A stretch of 32,000 bases of DNA from Idiomarina loihiensis L2TR (GTDB lineage Bacteria; Pseudomonadota; Gammaproteobacteria; Enterobacterales; Alteromonadaceae): the NCBI RefSeq assembly GCF_000008465.1, contig NC_006512.1:1590001-1622000 (forward strand). Direction: 5' to 3'. Shown here one piece after another: positions 27,388-32,000 of the stretch (position 1 is the stretch's first letter; every line of letters begins with the position of its first letter). The notes under the pieces were generated by a model. That model searched no databases and was not told the DNA's origin. It saw only the letters and a program-made list of their open reading frames with translations. Made by a program: the position numbers and the translations under genes.

Positions 27388-28668
27388 ATGGCTGATCGTA
27401 AAGCCACTTTACAGATTGACGGCCAATCCATTGAATTGCCGGTACTATCACCAACGGCAGGAAAGGATGTAGTTGACGTCCGAACTCTGGGAAAACATGG
27501 TTATTTTACTTTTGACCCAGGGTTTCTGGCTACAGGCTCTTGCGAGTCGGCTATCACCTATATAGATGGTGAAAACGGCGTTTTACTGCACCGCGGTTAC
27601 CCTATTGGTGAGTTAGCAACTAAAGCAGATTACTTAGAAGTTTGCTACATGTTGTTGCACGGCGAAGCTCCTACCGAAAAGCAATACCATGAATTCAAAA
27701 ACACCATTACTAAACACACTATGGTGCATCAGGGAATTCACAATTTCTTTAATGGTTTCCGTCGCGATGCTCACCCTATGGCAATGTTATGTGCCGTAAC
27801 GGGAGCTTTATCATCGTTCTATCATGATGATCTGGAGATTCACGATGAAAACCAACGTTTACGTAGTGCTTACCGTCTGATTGCAAAAATTCCAACAATT
27901 GCAGCAATGGCTTATAAATTCAGCATTGGTCAACCTTTCGTTTACCCACGTAACGACTTAGGTTATGCAGAAAACTTCCTGAACATGATGTTCTCGGTTC
28001 CTGCGGAAGACTACAAAATAAGCCCTGCGGTAGCTCGCGCTATGGATCGCATCTTTACTTTGCATGCTGACCACGAGCAAAACGCATCAACGTCAACAGT
28101 ACGCCTTGCCGGTTCTTCTGGTGCTAACCCTTACGCATGTATCGCTGCGGGTGTTGCGTCTTTATGGGGACCAGCCCATGGTGGTGCAAACGAAGCTTGC
28201 TTGCGTATGCTGGCTGAAATTGGCTCTGTTGAAAACATTCCAAAATATATTGAGAAAGCAAAAGACAAAGACGATCCTTTCCGTCTAATGGGCTTTGGTC
28301 ACCGTGTATACAAAAACACCGACCCTCGTGCAACGGTAATGCGTGAATCTTGCCACGAAGTACTGAAAGAATTGGATCGTGATGATCCATTACTTGACGT
28401 CGCAATGGAACTGGAGCGTATCGCTCTGGAAGACGACTACTTCATTGAAAAGAAACTCTTCCCTAACGTTGACTTCTACTCAGGTATCGTACTGAAAGCT
28501 ATTGGTATTCCTACCAATATGTTCACCGTTATCTTTGCGCTGTCACGTACTGTCGGCTGGGTTTCTCACTGGCACGAAATGATGGGCGAAGAAAACCAGA
28601 AAATTGGTCGTCCTCGTCAGTTATATACTGGTTATACAAAACGCGAGTTTTCACCAATTAAAAAATAA
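27388..28668 (+). CDS. gltA: citrate synthase (type II)
   Basis: 426 aa. [23 protein letters not shown] and GFGHRVYK motifs are present. It is divergent from sdhC, as in enterobacteria. Confidence 0.97.
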   Translation: MADRKATLQIDGQSIELPVLSPTAGKDVVDVRTLGKHGYFTFDPGFLATGSCESAITYIDGENGVLLHRGYPIGELATKADYLEVCYMLLHGEAPTEKQYHEFKNTITKHTMVHQGIHNFFNGFRRDAHPMAMLCAVTGALSSFYHDDLEIHDENQRLRSAYRLIAKIPTIAAMAYKFSIGQPFVYPRNDLGYAENFLNMMFSVPAEDYKISPAVARAMDRIFTLHADHEQNASTSTVRLAGSSGANPYACIAAGVASLWGPAHGGANEACLRMLAEIGSVENIPKYIEKAKDKDDPFRLMGFGHRVYKNTDPRATVMRESCHEVLKELDRDDPLLDVAMELERIALEDDYFIEKKLFPNVDFYSGIVLKAIGIPTNMFTVIFALSRTVGWVSHWHEMMGEENQKIGRPRQLYTGYTKREFSPIKK

Positions 28669-28684
28669 ATTGGTTTGAGTTAAG

Positions 28685-28711
28685 AAGGCGCTCGGTTGAG
28701 CGCCTTTTTTT
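28685..28711 (+). terminator. intrinsic terminator of gltA
   Basis: AAGGCGCTC-GGTT-GAGCGCCTT followed by a T run, 17 nt after the stop codon. Confidence 0.8.
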
Positions 28712-28884
28712 ATGCCCGCTCTTAATTAGTTTGAGTACATTGCTTTTCACACCTTACAGAACGTGCAACGAAGCCTTAAATTCTTTATACTACGTCGCAT
28801 TTCGTTGGTCGCCAAAGAGAGAGCTGACAGACAAATTCATTTTCAACGTGCTTTAGCAAGTTGCAGATAATTACAGAGAGGCTT

Positions 28885-30231
28885 ATGCAGCAAGTAGTCA
28901 ATGTACAACAACCCATCATTACACCACGTAAATTCAAGGTATATCAGCATCGCCAGTTAGATAAAATTGAGGCGTTAAAGAAAGTTCCTGATGACATGCG
29001 TTTTGAAATGAAAGTCGTCGCTAATGTACTGCCATTCAGAGTTAATGAATATGTATTTAACGAACTGATTGACTGGGAAAATGTACCCAATGACCCGCTG
29101 TTTCAGCTAACTTTCCCGCAAAAAGATATGCTGGAGCCTTCTGCGTACCAGCGCATGGCAGACCTAATGTCAGGCAAGCACACCACCAATGAAGTGTTTG
29201 ATTTGGCGACTCAGCTACGCGATGAAATGAACCCTCACCCTGCCGGACAAATGCAAATGAATGTGCCGCATGTTGACGGTGAGCCTTTGCCGGGCATGCA
29301 GCATAAGTACCGCGAAACGGTGCTCTTTTTCCCGGCTCAGGGGCAGTACTGCCATTCTTACTGCACTTTCTGCTTCCGTTGGGCGCAATTTGTCGGTAAA
29401 GCTACCCGCTTTAATTCAAATGACGCGGATCAATTGCACCGCTATCTGGCTCAGCACAAAGAAGTTACTGACTTGCTGGTGACCGGCGGCGACCCTATGG
29501 TTATGCGCACGCGCAAGCTGGCCCATTACTTAGAGGGTTTACTGCAACCTGAGTTCGAGCACATTAAAACCATACGCATTGGCACTAAATCATTAACCTT
29601 CTGGCCATATCGCTTTATCACCGACCCCGACGCGGACGATTTACTGCGTTTATTAGAGCGCTTAGTTGATGGTGGCAAGCATGTGTCGATAATGGCGCAT
29701 TTAAACCACCCGAATGAATTACGCACTGAAGTATGTCAGGAGGCCATTCGTCGCCTGCGCGCTACAGGTGTTCAAATCCGCTGTCAGGCTCCTTTACTCA
29801 AGCACATTAATGACGACCCGGATGTCTGGGCTTCTATGTGGGAGAAGCAGGTACAACTCGGATTAATCCCTTATTATATGTTTGTCGAGCGGGATACCGG
29901 AGCAAAACGTTACTTTGAAGTACCGCTGGAGCGTACCTGGGAAATTTTCCAGAAAGCGTACCAGCAGGTTTCAGGTATAGCTCGTACCGTGCGAGGCCCC
30001 TCGATGAGTGCCGGCCCGGGGAAAGTAGAAGTTCAGGGTGTTACTGAAATTGCTGGTGAGAAAGTCTTTGCCTTACGCTTTATCCAGGGGCGCAATCCGG
30101 ACTGGGTACAACGTCCCTTCTTCGCTAAATATGATCCGGATGCCACCTGGCTGCATCACTTAAAACCAGCTTTTGGTGAGGAAAAATTCTTTTTCGAAGA
30201 TGAGTATTCAAAAATGTCGGCGATGGATTAA
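28885..30231 (+). CDS. KamA family radical SAM protein (lysine 2,3-aminomutase-like)
   Basis: It has the CHSYCTFC (CxxxCxxC) cluster, [10 protein letters not shown] and TGGDPMV motifs. The ATG at 28885, preceded by GAGAGG, is preferred over the TTG at 28861. Confidence 0.85.
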   Translation: MQQVVNVQQPIITPRKFKVYQHRQLDKIEALKKVPDDMRFEMKVVANVLPFRVNEYVFNELIDWENVPNDPLFQLTFPQKDMLEPSAYQRMADLMSGKHTTNEVFDLATQLRDEMNPHPAGQMQMNVPHVDGEPLPGMQHKYRETVLFFPAQGQYCHSYCTFCFRWAQFVGKATRFNSNDADQLHRYLAQHKEVTDLLVTGGDPMVMRTRKLAHYLEGLLQPEFEHIKTIRIGTKSLTFWPYRFITDPDADDLLRLLERLVDGGKHVSIMAHLNHPNELRTEVCQEAIRRLRATGVQIRCQAPLLKHINDDPDVWASMWEKQVQLGLIPYYMFVERDTGAKRYFEVPLERTWEIFQKAYQQVSGIARTVRGPSMSAGPGKVEVQGVTEIAGEKVFALRFIQGRNPDWVQRPFFAKYDPDATWLHHLKPAFGEEKFFFEDEYSKMSAMD

Positions 30232-30989
30232 CCATCGCCTGCCAGTTTTCGTGCCCGCTGCAGGTCCTCTTCAGTATCAATGCCTGTAGCCGGTGCGAGA
30301 ATGGCTTCAGCGACATGAATACGTTCTCCGTGCCAAAGCACCCGCAATTGTTCTAACGACTCAAGCTGTTCAATAGGGCTTGGCTCCCATTCAATATAAC
30401 GTCTGACAAAACCCGCCCGATAAGCATAAATACCAATGTGACGATGATAATGCTCAGTAACGACATTTGTCGCCCGGTCGGCAGAAAAGTGCTCTCTGTC
30501 CCAGGGAATTGCGGCACGGCTAAAGTACAGCGCATAACCCGCAGCATCGGTAACCACTTTTACTGTATTCGGGTTAAAAATATCTTCAGCGTCAGTAATG
30601 GGCACGGCCAGCGTCGCCATAGGTGCCTGCCGTTGATTCGCTAAGTTATCGGCAACCTGTCGAATAATTTCAGGCGGAATAAAGGGCTCATCACCCTGAA
30701 CATTAACCACCACCTCGTTTTCTGCCAGAGCTAATTGTTCGATAACTTCAGCCAAACGTTCCGTACCCGAGGAGTGCTCACTTGAGGTCATCATTACGCG
30801 ACCACCAAACTTATCAACGCCCTCTTTAATCCGCATATCATCGGTAGCAACTATGACTTCGGCAGCGCCACTAGCCTCAGCTCGCTCAACCACATGCTGA
30901 ATCATCGGCTTTCCGGCAATATCGGCTAAAGGTTTGCCCGGCAAGCGGCTGGAACCGTAGCGAGCTGGAATGACAACGGTAAAACTCAT
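30228..30989 (-). CDS. kdsB: 3-deoxy-manno-octulosonate cytidylyltransferase
   Basis: 253 aa. [17 protein letters not shown] and QGDEP motifs are present, in the conserved lpxK-ycaR-kdsB order. Confidence 0.95.
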   Translation of the reverse strand: MSFTVVIPARYGSSRLPGKPLADIAGKPMIQHVVERAEASGAAEVIVATDDMRIKEGVDKFGGRVMMTSSEHSSGTERLAEVIEQLALAENEVVVNVQGDEPFIPPEIIRQVADNLANQRQAPMATLAVPITDAEDIFNPNTVKVVTDAAGYALYFSRAAIPWDREHFSADRATNVVTEHYHRHIGIYAYRAGFVRRYIEWEPSPIEQLESLEQLRVLWHGERIHVAEAILAPATGIDTEEDLQRARKLAGDG

Positions 30990-31183
30990 GAAGGAACCTT
31001 TTCTAACTCTTCTGATGATAACTCGCGAGCCTTATCCGCTATAAGCACGGGAATATTCTCGTCTATTGGATATGCGAGGCGTTCTCCGCGGCATACTAAC
31101 TCGTCTTTATCGGCGTAATAGGTCAGTTTCCCTTTACACTTTGGACACGCCAATATTGCTAATGTCGTTTTATCGATGGCCAT
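30986..31183 (-). CDS. ycaR: Trm112 family protein (UPF0434/YcaR)
   Basis: 65 aa. It has [10 protein letters not shown]...L.C.....AYPI..GIPVL-type zinc-ribbon motifs, and it overlaps both neighbouring genes. Confidence 0.85.
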   Translation of the reverse strand: MAIDKTTLAILACPKCKGKLTYYADKDELVCRGERLAYPIDENIPVLIADKARELSSEELEKVPS

Positions 31184-32000
31184 TTTTCTTCCTTTCCAGC
31201 TCTGCCAATAAGTTAGTTTTCATCACTTCGGGCAGCTTCGCTTCAATTGTTTGGTAATACCAGTCAGCTTGCGCAAAAGACTGGCATTTACCAGCATCTT
31301 TTTCTGTCATTAATATAGGGTTACTAGCCAGGTTAGAAAAGTCCTGTTGACTAAAAGCGTGATGATCCGCAAAGCTCTGACTGTTCTCCAGTTCAATACC
31401 CTGCTCAATTAGCGAGTTAAAAAATCGCTGCGGATAACCAATACCAGCCACGGCATTAAATTTGCTCTCGGTTTTTAACGCAACTTGCTCGTTATTATCA
31501 ACCCGGTACCAGTTGCCAGGCTCGACATCCACAACATGTCGGGCGAATGCATGACGACCATAGTTAGAAATAACCCAGTCCGCACCTTTGAGACGCCATG
31601 GGCCTTCCCGTAATGGGCCCGCAGGCAAAAGCCATCCATTTCCGGTGCCTCGCTCAGCGTCTATCATAATTAATTCAATATCGCGTTTGAGTGCATAATG
31701 CTGTAACCCGTCATCACAGATAATAACGTCTACTTTGGGGTGTTGTTCCGCCATAAGCTTTGCAGCCTGAGCTCGTTTGGGCGCAATAACAACCGGGCAG
31801 CCAGTGCGACGACGCATGAGCAAAGGTTCATCACCGGCTTTTTCCGGAGAGTCGCTCTCTAAAACCTCGTAGGGAAAAGGCCCTTTTGCACCGTAACCAC
31901 GACTGATAATGCCCGGATTCCAGCCCTCATCTTTGAGCCATTGACTTAAGGCCACAACCATAGGTGTTTTGCCAGTGCCGCCCACGCTAATGTTTCCCAC
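31170..32000 (-). CDS. lpxK: tetraacyldisaccharide 4'-kinase, partial (the N-terminus lies beyond the window edge)
   Basis: The P-loop GNISVGGTGKTP sits at the window edge and the rest is collinear with LpxK. Confidence 0.9.
   Translation of the reverse strand: MGNISVGGTGKTPMVVALSQWLKDEGWNPGIISRGYGAKGPFPYEVLESDSPEKAGDEPLLMRRRTGCPVVIAPKRAQAAKLMAEQHPKVDVIICDDGLQHYALKRDIELIMIDAERGTGNGWLLPAGPLREGPWRLKGADWVISNYGRHAFARHVVDVEPGNWYRVDNNEQVALKTESKFNAVAGIGYPQRFFNSLIEQGIELENSQSFADHHAFSQQDFSNLASNPILMTEKDAGKCQSFAQADWYYQTIEAKLPEVMKTNLLAELERKKNGHR

Noticed and set aside
191-30644. The many remaining 60-130 aa track ORFs nested in or antisense to the large conserved genes. Examples: 191-445, 966-1214, 2512-2790, 3730-3912, 4689-5366 (set), 9070-9333, 12524-13162 (set), 17172-17815 (set), 18119-18898, 19527-20120, 20945-23699 (set), 25161-25771, 28064-28405, 29261-29726, 30125-30644
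   Set aside because: Each overlaps a longer ORF with clear family signatures on the same or the opposite strand, and none has a recognisable motif of its own.
1-32000. CRISPR arrays, tRNA/rRNA genes, integrase or att sites
   Set aside because: I scanned the intergenic regions by eye. I found no regularly spaced repeat-spacer structure, no cloverleaf-like T-arm motifs, and no tyrosine or serine recombinase ORF. A visual scan cannot prove absence.

Overview
The window looks like a chromosomal segment of a gammaproteobacterium. Gene order and protein similarity suggest a marine, Alteromonadales-like organism, but that is inference only. I saw no rRNA, tRNA or CRISPR array by eye.

Conserved core:
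- pxpB(partial)-pxpA with two small membrane ORFs (1-1609).
- An acyl-CoA dehydrogenase / APH-type kinase / SDR operon (2152-5291, minus strand).
- A DEAD-box helicase (8576-9694).
- The complete TCA block sdhCDAB-sucABCD (17183-27061, minus strand), divergent from gltA (27388-28668).
- A KamA-like radical SAM gene, then kdsB-ycaR-lpxK(partial).

Accessory or unusual parts:
1. An AT-rich, decaying islet lies at about 5352-8250. It holds a diverged ghost copy of the ACAD 5' end and a DUF3800-like fragment. It also holds a co-directional module: a PD-(D/E)xK-like 153-aa gene, a 102-codon frame with two in-frame TAA codons, and a 4-TM protein. A PH/GRAM-like ORF there is bracketed by a perfect 14-bp inverted repeat.
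2. A PAS-GGDEF-EAL gene is interrupted by a single in-frame TGA at a conserved Trp position.
3. A tight four-gene operon (11579-14991) encodes two exported alpha/beta hydrolases flanking a GPP34/GOLPH3-like protein and a membrane LRV-repeat protein.
4. A 5'-truncated dps abuts a ~135-bp imperfect palindrome.
5. An IS4-type element with a 12-bp target duplication is inserted exactly into the loop of the sucD terminator.

The best candidates for an undescribed system are the 11.6-15.0 kb operon and the 6.3-8.2 kb islet module. Neither function can be established from sequence alone.
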